A DNA stretch of 61,704 nt, filler included. It is 4 parts of 4 records of this genome, joined end to end, with 100 filler letters (N's around TTAATTAATTAA, not from the genome) between each part and the next. Parts side by side here need not be neighbours in the genome. Positions count along the whole stretch, not along the records: positions 41,700 to 52,801 come from SRR20825006_1427; positions 52,902 to 61,704 come from SRR20825006_1436; 2 more parts are not named here. One strand, 5' to 3'. The position numbers were made by a program, and so were the translations under genes. The notes under the pieces are model-generated. The model was not told the origin of the DNA and did no database searches. It saw nothing but the letters and a program-made list of their open reading frames with translations. Of this stretch, positions 48,040 to 57,513 are shown piece by piece (within the stretch, counting starts at the first letter, position 1; the number at the start of each line of letters is the position of its first letter).

Positions 48040-49532
48040 GCCACACCGCCATCACCAAGCGATGTGCCAATTTGTCCCATCTGATCGCCGATAATCTCGC
48101 CAACCGACAATCCGATGATGGTAGCTTTCCCCTCCCCGACTTCTACGCCAAGGCCTTTGCCGCCAATCTTTGGAACCGCATTGATGGTGATAAATATCGC
48201 ATCAATATTGATCGCGCGCTTCATGCCCTTACATGCGCGCCACAGGATGGCAGCTACCACCGCGAGTTCATTGAATATGCCTTGCTTGATATGCCGGGCT
48301 TATCCCAACAAAGACGTACTGAAATATTGCACGCATCCTCCAACCAATGCCCGGATGTCGCCAATTGGCAAATCCTTGGCCTGATCAATCGCCAATCGTG
48401 TGCGACCGGGATATGGGACACGGCCGTTGGCATCGCCCATCACCACTTCATCCGTTCGCGCTATTGGCGTTCTCCGGCATTTCTGGATCGTCCACCAAGT
48501 TTTTCTGCTCAGTATCATGCCTTTTGCACAGCCCTTTTGGCCGATAGCCAAAACCGGCCTCAGCAAAAAATGGCAAAAACCGCAACCCGCTTGATTGCCG
48601 ATATGACCGGGTCACACGGATACGCCAACTTGATTGGCCGGGGTGCGGGGCAAAGCTTTGGCGCGGTATGCGCACTTTTCACGCTTTTGAAATACGGCGC
48701 AATGGCTCAAGCAGACGCTATCTTGCATCACCTTGAAAAGGCCTTTGATAAGTGTGGGTCATTGCCACTAAACCTGCTTTCCCCCGTACCATTGCCGCCA
48801 AACCCCGGTCCGGCAAACCCGAAAACACCCGGCTGGTATAGCTATAACCGCCATGATGATTATCTGGCCTTTGCCGGATATTGGTTGTTTCAAACCGCCA
48901 ATCTAGCGCCAGTAAAAACCGCAATCACGCCCCAACCACTGCCTGACCAAGCATCACAAATTTTTCTATTTTCATCGGGCCAGTACCACGCGCAAATGGC
49001 TCTGTGCGGCGAACAGTGTTTTGATTACACCACTGCCCCGGTGATCGTTTCTGGCCACGGAGAAAAAGCCTGCCTCTTGCTCCCGCCGACAGGCGGCGAA
49101 CAGGACAGCCCGAGCCTTTACGGTCCGGCCACCATCCCGCTTCCGGCTTTGGATGGCGGTGATGTGGCCCGCTTTATCAGCGCCAAACGACGATCTTCAA
49201 ACCATGTTGAAATCGCCTTTGAACTAGCTGGCATTAAAGGTCAAAGAGACATCATTTTTAGTGAAAATGACGTCACTATCAAAGACCAGCTTGGCAATAC
49301 CCAGTCCGAAAAAGCAAACCTGTTTCGCATTCTAATTGATGAAAATCTGGAACTCTCGCAGAAGTCCGGCACAGAGTTCGCAGCACCCAAGATCGGTGTC
49401 ACGATCACATCAGATCATCCACTTACCCTTGATAAGAAAGATGCCTTTAGTGCAGCCGGTGCCGCAACGCGAATGACTGCCCACGGGGCAAACTGTGCCA
49501 CCCTGAAACTTCGGTGGGAGGATCAAGAATGA
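48024..49532 (+). CDS. Hypothetical protein (possibly helical N-terminal plus beta-rich C-terminal domain)
   Basis: 502-aa ORF in AT-richer DNA overlapping both neighbours. Confidence 0.78.
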   Translation: MSFPVSHTAITKRCANLSHLIADNLANRQSDDGSFPLPDFYAKAFAANLWNRIDGDKYRINIDRALHALTCAPQDGSYHREFIEYALLDMPGLSQQRRTEILHASSNQCPDVANWQILGLINRQSCATGIWDTAVGIAHHHFIRSRYWRSPAFLDRPPSFSAQYHAFCTALLADSQNRPQQKMAKTATRLIADMTGSHGYANLIGRGAGQSFGAVCALFTLLKYGAMAQADAILHHLEKAFDKCGSLPLNLLSPVPLPPNPGPANPKTPGWYSYNRHDDYLAFAGYWLFQTANLAPVKTAITPQPLPDQASQIFLFSSGQYHAQMALCGEQCFDYTTAPVIVSGHGEKACLLLPPTGGEQDSPSLYGPATIPLPALDGGDVARFISAKRRSSNHVEIAFELAGIKGQRDIIFSENDVTIKDQLGNTQSEKANLFRILIDENLELSQKSGTEFAAPKIGVTITSDHPLTLDKKDAFSAAGAATRMTAHGANCATLKLRWEDQE

Positions 49533-50281
49533 GTAATCCCATCACCCTGATTACCACAGTACGCAATGGCGATATTTTCCTTAAACGTTTTGCGCAAAAC
49601 ATCATGGCAAGCTTGCGCCCACAAGACCACATCATCATTGTTGATGATGGATCCAAGGTGCCAATATCGCTGCCTATACCCTTGCAAGATAATGATCGTA
49701 TTACATTGCTAAGCCCCGGTCCTATCGGCCGTGGGGCTGCCCTGAACCTTGCGATCGAAAACGCTCCAACCAACCTGATCGCCATTCAGGATATTGATGA
49801 CCTTTCGCATCCAGGCAGGCTTGATCGCCAATCTGAATTCCTAAGCCGCAAACCGAACACTCTGGTTTTTGCCCGTGCTACATCTGATCCTTGGCAAGCA
49901 CGTTTTGGCAGTTCCCATAAAATCGCGGAAGCCCGCCTATATCTTGGCAATCCGCTGCACCATTCATCGCTTGCCCTGCATCGCGATGTTTGGAACCGCG
50001 CCGGTGGCTATTCAACCGATATTCCCTGTTGCATTGATCTGGAATTTTATCTTCGTGCCTGTTTGGTTGCCGGGGCGACTATCTGGCGGCTGAATGATGT
50101 CTTGATTGAACGCAATCTGGATCCGAAAACCCGGCACTTTGCAGGCATTCCAGCCAAGACCTATCAGACCACACGACAACAGGTGCTGGGTCGCTATCAC
50201 GCAAAGGTTTCGCCGTCCTACTGGCTGGCGCTTGCCAAAATCAGGAACAACCTGACGGGACGGAAGGCCCCAGCATCATGA
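49529..50281 (+). CDS. Glycosyltransferase family 2
   Basis: IIVDDGS, ALNLAI, QDIDD, RLDRQ, GGY. Confidence 0.9.
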   Translation: MSNPITLITTVRNGDIFLKRFAQNIMASLRPQDHIIIVDDGSKVPISLPIPLQDNDRITLLSPGPIGRGAALNLAIENAPTNLIAIQDIDDLSHPGRLDRQSEFLSRKPNTLVFARATSDPWQARFGSSHKIAEARLYLGNPLHHSSLALHRDVWNRAGGYSTDIPCCIDLEFYLRACLVAGATIWRLNDVLIERNLDPKTRHFAGIPAKTYQTTRQQVLGRYHAKVSPSYWLALAKIRNNLTGRKAPAS

Positions 50282-51396
50282 CCAAACGCGCAAAAGTCAT
50301 CGCCATGGTGCAACTGCCCCCACCGATGCATGGTGCGGCAAAAATGAACCAGCATGCGATTGATGCCCTGTCACAAGATTTCGACCTTCACCTGATCGAA
50401 ATGCGCTTTGCCCGCGACCTTTCTGATATCGCGCGGGTTTCGCTTCGCAAATGTGCCATCGCCATTTGGCTGTTGCTGCGCCTTGCCTGGACGCTACCCA
50501 GAAGTCGTGCCCTTTACATCTGCTTTGCACCATCCGGTGGGGCCTATTACCGCGACTGCCTTTATGTGTTGATGGCAAAGATGTTCGGTGTTCCGGCCAT
50601 CCTGCATATCCACGGGCGCGGCCTGCCAAAAATGCGACATTCGCGTTGGGGACATTGGCTGCAAAACCACGTCCTTGCCAAACAAACCGTTATCTTGCTG
50701 GGCGAGACTTTGCGGCCCGAGGTTGATGGGCTTGCATGCAATATCGCCATCATTCCCAACTGCCTTGACGACACCGCCTTTTCAACTGCCCCAACAGATG
50801 ACTGGCACCCACAGAAACCGGTTCAAATCCTGTGGCTTTCGAACCTGTTTCGCGCCAAAGGCATCGAAACCCTGATTGCCGCCTGTGCAGTGCTTCGGGA
50901 TCAGGGAATGCCATGCAACCTGACGATTGCCGGTGCACAGGGCGATATGAACGAAGCAGACATCAAGGCGCTTCTAGCTGTCTTTGCCATGACCGACATA
51001 GCCCGCTATATCGGCCCGGTTTCCCAATCAGAGCGCAAAGCTGCCTTTGATCAAGCTGACCTGTTCGTTTTTCCCAGCCACTATGCCAACGAGGCCCAGC
51101 CGCTTGTCGTGCTTGAAGCCATGGCAGCAGGCATTCCCGTCATCACAAGCAATATCGCAACCCTGCCGGAATTCGTACGCGATGGCGAAACCGGGCGATT
51201 ATGCCCGCCCAACGATCCAACGGCGCTGGCGAACGCAATCAGGGATTCAGTCGGTTCTCCAACACAGACAACAAGAATGCGCGATGCTGCATATCGCCTG
51301 TGTCAGGACCAGTTTCGCCGCGATCAGTTCGCCCGATCACTCCGTGATCTTATCTGTGATGTGATTGGTCATGATGCGCAAAATGCTTCACATTGA
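50278..51396 (+). CDS. Glycosyltransferase family 4
   Basis: LPPPMHG, HIHG, AKGI, FVFPS..EAQPLVVLEAMAAG. Confidence 0.9.
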   Translation: MTKRAKVIAMVQLPPPMHGAAKMNQHAIDALSQDFDLHLIEMRFARDLSDIARVSLRKCAIAIWLLLRLAWTLPRSRALYICFAPSGGAYYRDCLYVLMAKMFGVPAILHIHGRGLPKMRHSRWGHWLQNHVLAKQTVILLGETLRPEVDGLACNIAIIPNCLDDTAFSTAPTDDWHPQKPVQILWLSNLFRAKGIETLIAACAVLRDQGMPCNLTIAGAQGDMNEADIKALLAVFAMTDIARYIGPVSQSERKAAFDQADLFVFPSHYANEAQPLVVLEAMAAGIPVITSNIATLPEFVRDGETGRLCPPNDPTALANAIRDSVGSPTQTTRMRDAAYRLCQDQFRRDQFARSLRDLICDVIGHDAQNASH

Positions 51397-51460
51397 AACC
51401 ATGAGATCGCAGAATGCCGTTCTGCACATACCCGCCCCACGACCTCAGGACCGAAACCAG

Positions 51461-51826
51461 ATGACCCGTGACGAGTTTAATGATTTTTGCAAATCACTTC
51501 CGCACACAACCCATGTGGTGCAATGGGGTGGTGCGGATGTCTGGAAGATTGGCGACAAGGTGTTTGCCATTGGTGGATGGACCAAAACCGATACGCTTGG
51601 CATCACGTTTAAAACATCCGAAATCGGTTATGAGGTTCTAAAGGAACAACCCGGCCTGCGTCCTGCCCCCTATCTTGCCTCACGCGGCATGAAATGGATT
51701 CAGCATTACGACAAACCGGGCCTTGCCGATGATGACCTGCAAGGCCATATCGAAAACTCATACAATTTGGCGGCCTCGGGCCTGACCAAGAAATTGCAGC
51801 GTGAACTTAATATTCACCAAAATTGA
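51461..51826 (+). CDS. MmcQ/YjbR family DNA-binding protein
   Basis: VWKIGDKVFA, PAPYLASRGMKW. Confidence 0.88.
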   Translation: MTRDEFNDFCKSLPHTTHVVQWGGADVWKIGDKVFAIGGWTKTDTLGITFKTSEIGYEVLKEQPGLRPAPYLASRGMKWIQHYDKPGLADDDLQGHIENSYNLAASGLTKKLQRELNIHQN

Positions 51827-51849
51827 ATAATCAGCCCGATTATATCGTT

Positions 51850-52801
51850 CTACAGGCGCCAAAGATCGATATCCGCCGGCACCGCGTCGCGTGGCAAAAC
51901 CGCACGCACATCGGCAACAAAGCCCTTGCCGTTTTTAAGAAGGCTTTCGACCAGCGGCCACCCCTTGGTGACATATTCCTTGTGCGACACAGCCAGAACC
52001 AGCGCATCGGCCGGTTTAAGGTCACCATCGCCACACAGTTTCAAGCCATCAAACTCATGGGCCACTTCGGCGGCATCTGCATGCAGATCATGCACCTGAA
52101 CCGTAATCCCGGCATCTTCAAGCTCACGGATAATATCGATCACGCGCGTATTGCGGATATCGGGCACATCTTCCTTAAAGGTCAGGCCAAGAACCGTCAC
52201 AGTCGGGTTTTTGGTCGCACCTTCGCGCAGCAAGGCCCGGATAACCTTGTTGGCAACCACTGTACCCATGCCATCATTGACCCGACGACCGGCCAAAACC
52301 ACCTGCGGGTAATAGCCAAGCTCTTCGGATTTATGGGTCAGGTAATAAGGATCAACACCAATGCAGTGCCCGCCCACCAGACCCGGCGTGAATTTAAGGA
52401 AATTCCACTTGGTCCCGGCAGCGTCAAGAACATCACGGGTATCAATGCCTGCACGATCAAAAATCAGCGACAATTCATTCATCAGCGCAATGTTCAAATC
52501 ACGCTGGGTATTTTCAATCACCTTGGCAGCTTCAGCCGCCTTGATCGTCGGTGCCTTGTGAATGCCTGCAACAACAACGCTGCCATAAACATCGGCGACG
52601 ACATCAAGGGTCGCCTGATCCTGACCGGAAACCACCTTGGTAATCGTGGTAAAGCGGTGTTCGCGGTCGCCCGGATTGATACGTTCCGGCGAATAACCAA
52701 CCGTGAAATCGGTTCCGGCTTTTAGCCCTGAAACATCTTCAAGGATCGGAACGCAGACTTCTTCGGTCGCACCGGGATAAACCGTGCTTTCATAAACAAC
52801 G
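51850..52801 (-). CDS. UDP-N-acetylhexosamine 6-dehydrogenase (WbpO/TviB/WecC-type); 5' truncated
   Basis: YESTVYPG and YSPERINPG in the upstream part; KVIENTQRD, GGHCIGVDP, FKEDVPDIRN. Confidence 0.92.
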
Positions 52802-52901
52802 NNNNNNNNNNNNNNNNNNNNNNNNNNNNNNNNNNNNNNNNNNNNTTAATTAATTAANNNNNNNNNNNNNNNNNNNNNNNNNNNNNNNNNNNNNNNNNNN
52901 N
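52802..52901. other. Artificial contig linker
   Basis: 44 N + TTAATTAATTAA + 44 N. Confidence 0.98.
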
Positions 52902-53155
52902 TCGGCCAGCTTGTCCATGTCGCGGTTCAGCAGGTCGACGAATTTCATCAGAACGCGGGCGCGGCGCTGCGGGTTGGTCGCGGCCCATTTCGGTTGGGCG
53001 GCGGCGGCGTATTCGACGGCCTTGTTCAGTTCTTCGGCGCTGGCCAGCGGCACGCGGCCCTGCACTTCGCCGGTCGAGGGGTTCATGACGTCGGCAAAGC
53101 GGCCCGAGGTGCCTTTGACGTGTTCGCCGTTCAGGTAATGGGTCATCTCTTGCAT
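52902..53155 (-). CDS. mmsA: CoA-acylating methylmalonate-semialdehyde dehydrogenase, N-terminal fragment
   Basis: MQEMTHYLNG...NPSTGEV...WAATNPQRRARV; GGAAGGA RBS; divergent LysR. Only the N-terminus is visible. Confidence 0.78.
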
Positions 53156-53197
53156 GGGAAATCCTTCCTGTGGTGTTCCGTTGCGCGCACTGTAGGC

Positions 53198-53253
53198 TTG
53201 CAAAAACACATGGAAAAGACACATCTTTCCAAAATAGTCATGCATTTTTGCAA
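53198..53253. promoter_or_regulatory. Inverted repeat in the mmsA/LysR divergent region
   Basis: TTGCAAAAAcaCATG ... CATGcaTTTTTGCAA (13/15). Confidence 0.55.
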
Positions 53254-53277
53254 AATGAACGGGGAGGCCACTACGGT

Positions 53278-54177
53278 ATGGAAGCGCACTGGGATGATTT
53301 GCGTCTGTTTCTCGCCATCGCCCGAGAGGCCAGTTTAACCGCAGCGGGCAAGACGCTGCGGCTGGACCCCGCCACGCTGGGCCGCCGGATGGTGCGGCTT
53401 GAGGCGGCACTGGGGGCGGTGTTGTTCGTGAAATCCCCGCAAGGCTATGCGCTGACCGAGGCGGGCGTGACCCTGCTGGACAAGGCCGAGGCGGCCGAAG
53501 CGGCGATGCGCGCGGCGACTTCGACGCTGTCGGGCGGGCAGTCCGACCGGCTGACAGGGCAGGTGCGCATCGGGGCGCCGGATGGCTGTGCCAACTATCT
53601 GATGCCGCAGGTGTGCGCCGATCTGGCCGACCGCCATCCTGATCTGGACATTCAGGTCGTGGCGCTGCCGCGTGTCTTCAACCTGTCGCGCCGCGAGGCG
53701 GATCTGGCCATTGGCGTCAGCGCGCCCACGGCGGGCCGTCTGACGGTGCAGAAAATCACCGACTACCGTCTGCATCTGGCCGCCGCCGACAGCTATCTGG
53801 CCCAGCATCCGCAGATCACCACCACCGCCGATCTGCAAGGGCACCGGATCGTGGGCTATATCCCCGACATGATTTTCGACCGCGAACTGGATTATCTGGC
53901 CGACATCGGCCTGCCACGTACGGCCCTGGCGTCCAATTCCGTCTCGGTCCAGTTGAATCTGCTGCGTGCCGGTGGCGGGGTGGGGATCGTACACGACTTT
54001 GCACTGCCCGCCGCCAGCGGATTGCGGCGCATCCTGACCGATCAGATTGGCCTGACCCGTGCCTTTTACCTGATCCGCCACGCCGACGACCGCAACAACG
54101 CGCGGCTGACCCGGTTTGCCGACGATCTGGTGGCGGGGCTTCGCGTGGAACTGGCGCGGCTTGAGGCGCACGCTTGA
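53278..54177 (+). CDS. LysR-family regulator
   Basis: WDDLRLFLAIAR..SLTAAG, LTEAG, LSRREADLAI. Confidence 0.92.
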   Translation: MEAHWDDLRLFLAIAREASLTAAGKTLRLDPATLGRRMVRLEAALGAVLFVKSPQGYALTEAGVTLLDKAEAAEAAMRAATSTLSGGQSDRLTGQVRIGAPDGCANYLMPQVCADLADRHPDLDIQVVALPRVFNLSRREADLAIGVSAPTAGRLTVQKITDYRLHLAAADSYLAQHPQITTTADLQGHRIVGYIPDMIFDRELDYLADIGLPRTALASNSVSVQLNLLRAGGGVGIVHDFALPAASGLRRILTDQIGLTRAFYLIRHADDRNNARLTRFADDLVAGLRVELARLEAHA

Positions 54178-54240
54178 CACAAAACGGGTTTGCGGGGACG
54201 ATCAAACTATCGTCCGTTCAACCATCACACGAGGTTTGCC

Positions 54241-54675
54241 ATGCTTGTCCAACAGATCCTGCAATCGAAATCCAGTGACGCGGTCATCACGGTGAAACCG
54301 GGCACAAGCGTCTCGGACGCGGCGAAAATTCTGGCCAAGCACAAATTCGGCAGCGTGGTCGTATCGCGCGACGGCGCGACCGCGGACGGCATCCTGTCGG
54401 AACGCGACATCGTACGCGAGCTGGCCACGCGTGGTGCGTCCTGTCTGCAAGACCCGGTCGAGGCCTATATGACCACGAAACTGGTGACCTGCACCCGTCA
54501 GGACAGCGTCGAAAGCGTGTTGCAACATATGTCGGACGGCCGGTTCCGTCACATGCCCGTGGTCGAGGAGGGCAAGCTGGTTGGTCTCATCACCCAAGGG
54601 GACGTGGTCAAGGCGCGCCTGTCCAAGGTGTCGATGGAGAAAGAGGCCCTGCAAGGGATGATCATGGGCCACTGA
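54241..54675 (+). CDS. CBS-pair domain protein
   Basis: GILSERDIVR, RFRHMPVV, GLITQGDVVK. Confidence 0.92.
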   Translation: MLVQQILQSKSSDAVITVKPGTSVSDAAKILAKHKFGSVVVSRDGATADGILSERDIVRELATRGASCLQDPVEAYMTTKLVTCTRQDSVESVLQHMSDGRFRHMPVVEEGKLVGLITQGDVVKARLSKVSMEKEALQGMIMGH

Positions 54676-54783
54676 TCTGCCGCCGGTTATAATTTAACGC
54701 CGCTGCGTCTTGGCGCTTGCATTCTTGTGCCCCTAGTGGTTGCTTGCCGCGAAATAATATTACCCTGACCACGGAGCACGCCC

Positions 54784-55278
54784 ATGCGCGTTGGCCTTTA
54801 CCCCGGCACCTTCGACCCCATCACCCTGGGACATATCGACATTATCCGCCGCGCCACGTCGTTGGTGGACCGTCTGGTGATCGGCGTTGCGATCAACCGG
54901 GACAAGGGGCCGCTGTTCCGTCTGGAAGAGCGTGTCGCGATGATCGAGGCGGAATGCGCCAAGCTGATCGAGCAGACCCAGACCGAGATTGTGGTACATC
55001 CCTTCGAGAACCTGTTGATTGATTGCGCAGCGGACGTGGGCGCGCAGATGATCATTCGGGGCCTGCGGGCCGTGGCCGATTTCGAGTATGAATATCAGAT
55101 GGTTGGCATGAACCGCCAGCTGAACGACGAGATCGAGACAGTGTTCCTGATGGCCGAAGCCACACATCAGGCGATTGCGTCGAAACTGGTCAAGGAAATC
55201 GCGCGGCTGGACGGCGATGTCAGCAAATTTGTCACGCCGCAGGTCAATGAGGCGCTGATCACGAAACTTTCACGCTGA
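54784..55278 (+). CDS. coaD: Phosphopantetheine adenylyltransferase
   Basis: YPGTFDPITLGH, RGLRAVADFEYE. Confidence 0.97.
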   Translation: MRVGLYPGTFDPITLGHIDIIRRATSLVDRLVIGVAINRDKGPLFRLEERVAMIEAECAKLIEQTQTEIVVHPFENLLIDCAADVGAQMIIRGLRAVADFEYEYQMVGMNRQLNDEIETVFLMAEATHQAIASKLVKEIARLDGDVSKFVTPQVNEALITKLSR

Positions 55279-55315
55279 GGCGGGAACTGGCCAGCCAACG
55301 GGTACGTTGGTTGGC

Positions 55316-56677
55316 ATGTCATACACATCGCACATCGCCCGCATCACCCTGTTGACGCTGATCGCGTCCCCACTGGTCGCGCAGACCCCGACAACAACAC
55401 AGCTTGATCCTGCGCCAATCGTACCTCCTGTCACGCAACAACCCATTGCGCCCCAACAGGCGCCTGCCGCCCCGCAAACCGATGCGCCTGCGGCGGGTGA
55501 CCCGATCATTCCCATGGCAGAATCCGCACTGGACGATGTTCAGGGCGAACCTTCGGACACGCGCATTCCCAGCGTTTCGGAATTGTCCAAGGCCTTGCAG
55601 GACAAGGAGAACGGCGAAACACAAGGTGACGTTGGTCTGGGCACCGATGATGTCATCACGATCAACCCCGATACGGTCGGCCCGGATGTTGGAACTTCGC
55701 AGGACACAGGGCAGGCGACGGGGCAGGACACAGGGGGCATCACGCCCGCCGCTCAGGCCCCGATCCCGTCACAGCCCGTGACACCCGCCACTGTCAACGC
55801 GGCCAGCTATTCGGGCGTTGGCGGCCTGCCCGAAGGGCGCAGCCCCGTCACCGTAAAGCTTCAAGTGCTTCTGGACCGCGCCGGCGTATCGGTTTCGATC
55901 ATTGACGGCGTCAAGGGCGGCATGACCGAAAGCGCGCTGAAAGCCTATGAAGCGCGCATGGGTCTGCCGGTGGACGGTCTGCTGGATGCCGAGGTTTGGG
56001 ACAAGCTGGGCGGCAACGACATTGACGTCTACATGAAACAATACACGATCACCGAAGCTGACACCCAGGGCCTGTCCGCCCCCTTGCCGCGCGACTACGG
56101 CGAATTGGCAAAGCTGGACCGCATGGGCTATACCAGCGTCAGCGAAAAGCTGGCCGAACGCTTTCACATGAGCGAGGATTTCCTGAAGCTGGTGAACCCC
56201 GGTGCGGGTTTCTATGCCGGTGAAACCATCGTTGTGGTGGAACCGGGCGCCAATGCCGTGGGGAAAGTGACCAAGATCATCATCGACAAGTCCGACCGCC
56301 GTCTGCGCGCCTGGGATGCGACAGGGGTCGAGATTGCCAACTATCCCGTGGCAATTGGATCCGCGGGCACACCTTCGCCCTCCGGCCACATGACGGTCGA
56401 GGCCGTGGCGCTTGAGCCGACCTATCACTACAACCCCAGTGTCAATTTCAAACAGGGCGATAATGACAAGCCGCTGACCCTGCCGCCCGGACCGAATGGC
56501 CCTGTGGGGCTGGTGTGGATCGACCTGTCGAAACCCACCTATGGCATCCACGGCACGCCGGAACCTGCCAGCCTGTTCACCGCCCATTCGCATGGTTGTG
56601 TGCGCATGGCGAACTGGGACGCGCAGGAACTGGCATCGCTGGTCAGCGCGGGTGTTATTGTCGATTTCCGCGAATGA
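55316..56677 (+). CDS. L,D-transpeptidase (YkuD) with peptidoglycan-binding region and P/Q/T-rich N-terminus
   Basis: Signal peptide, LQVLLDRAG...IDG, GPNGPVG, GIHGT...SHGCVRM. Confidence 0.9.
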   Translation: MSYTSHIARITLLTLIASPLVAQTPTTTQLDPAPIVPPVTQQPIAPQQAPAAPQTDAPAAGDPIIPMAESALDDVQGEPSDTRIPSVSELSKALQDKENGETQGDVGLGTDDVITINPDTVGPDVGTSQDTGQATGQDTGGITPAAQAPIPSQPVTPATVNAASYSGVGGLPEGRSPVTVKLQVLLDRAGVSVSIIDGVKGGMTESALKAYEARMGLPVDGLLDAEVWDKLGGNDIDVYMKQYTITEADTQGLSAPLPRDYGELAKLDRMGYTSVSEKLAERFHMSEDFLKLVNPGAGFYAGETIVVVEPGANAVGKVTKIIIDKSDRRLRAWDATGVEIANYPVAIGSAGTPSPSGHMTVEAVALEPTYHYNPSVNFKQGDNDKPLTLPPGPNGPVGLVWIDLSKPTYGIHGTPEPASLFTAHSHGCVRMANWDAQELASLVSAGVIVDFRE

Positions 56678-57513
56678 AACGCGCGGTGGCCGTAGCGCTG
56701 CTGGTGATACCATCAGTGGTCTGGGGGCAGGGCGCACCTGATACGTCGCGCCTGCCCCCGGTGAAACCCGAGGCTGTGACCGAAGGAGAGGGCGAGGTGG
56801 ACGCACCGGCGGTGTCCAAGATGCCACCCGACACGGAAACACCGCCCCGGCCCGAGGCGTCGCAGGACAGTGAACCAGACACAGAAGAGGCAGCCGAGGA
56901 CCCTGCAACATCCCCGGAGCCACTCGCTCCGCCAGTCTGGCAAACCCTGCAAGAGACAGACGATGCTTTTGTTGCCTGTCTCGGGGCACTCAATGAACTG
57001 GGGGCTGTGTACACACTCGCCGATCCGCAGACCGAGGAAGACCGCGATTGCGGTATCGCCAATCCGGTGCGCCTGTCGGAACCCGTGCCCGGCGTCCAGA
57101 TCGACAGCCCTGCGCTGATGCGCTGTGAAACGGCGGTGGCGCTTGGCACGTGGATGCGTGACTTTGTGACGCCCGCCGCGGCCACGCTGAAACGCGGACC
57201 GGTTGTCACGCTGGCCAAGGGCAGCGGCTATCAGTGCCGCCGTCGCAACAACCTGCCCGACGGCAAGCTGTCCGAGCATGCCTATGGCAATGCGATCGAC
57301 ATCATGGCCTTTGGTTTCAAGGACGGATCACAGATCAAGGTCGCCCCGCGCGAGCGTGAAGGATCGCGCGAGGAAAGCTTTCAGGACGCGGTGCGTGCTA
57401 CGGCTTGCTTGTATTTCTCGACCGTTCTCGGGCCGGGATCGGATGAGGCGCACAGCGACCATCTGCATCTGGACGTGATCGCCCGAGATGGCGGCTTTCG
57501 CCTCTGCCAGTGA
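56674..57513 (+). CDS. Extensin-like family protein
   Basis: ATGA-coupled; signal peptide, P/E-rich linker, CGIANPV, YQCRRRN, SEHAYGNAIDI, HSDHLHLD. Confidence 0.85.
   Translation: MKRAVAVALLVIPSVVWGQGAPDTSRLPPVKPEAVTEGEGEVDAPAVSKMPPDTETPPRPEASQDSEPDTEEAAEDPATSPEPLAPPVWQTLQETDDAFVACLGALNELGAVYTLADPQTEEDRDCGIANPVRLSEPVPGVQIDSPALMRCETAVALGTWMRDFVTPAAATLKRGPVVTLAKGSGYQCRRRNNLPDGKLSEHAYGNAIDIMAFGFKDGSQIKVAPREREGSREESFQDAVRATACLYFSTVLGPGSDEAHSDHLHLDVIARDGGFRLCQ

Noticed and set aside
41700-52801. Glycosyltransferases as tailoring enzymes for the NRPS-PKS product
   Set aside because: Separate, compositionally different contig; GT2/GT4/GT26 with flippase and co-polymerase indicate surface polysaccharide.
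54784-55278. coaD as the phosphopantetheinyl transferase for the NRPS
   Set aside because: CoaD is a CoA-biosynthesis adenylyltransferase, not an Sfp-type enzyme, and lies on another contig.
55699-55734. Three 12-bp units (GCAGGACACAGG-like) as a VNTR or CRISPR
   Set aside because: Short in-frame repeat encoding QDTG/QATG in a disordered linker; no spacers or cas genes.
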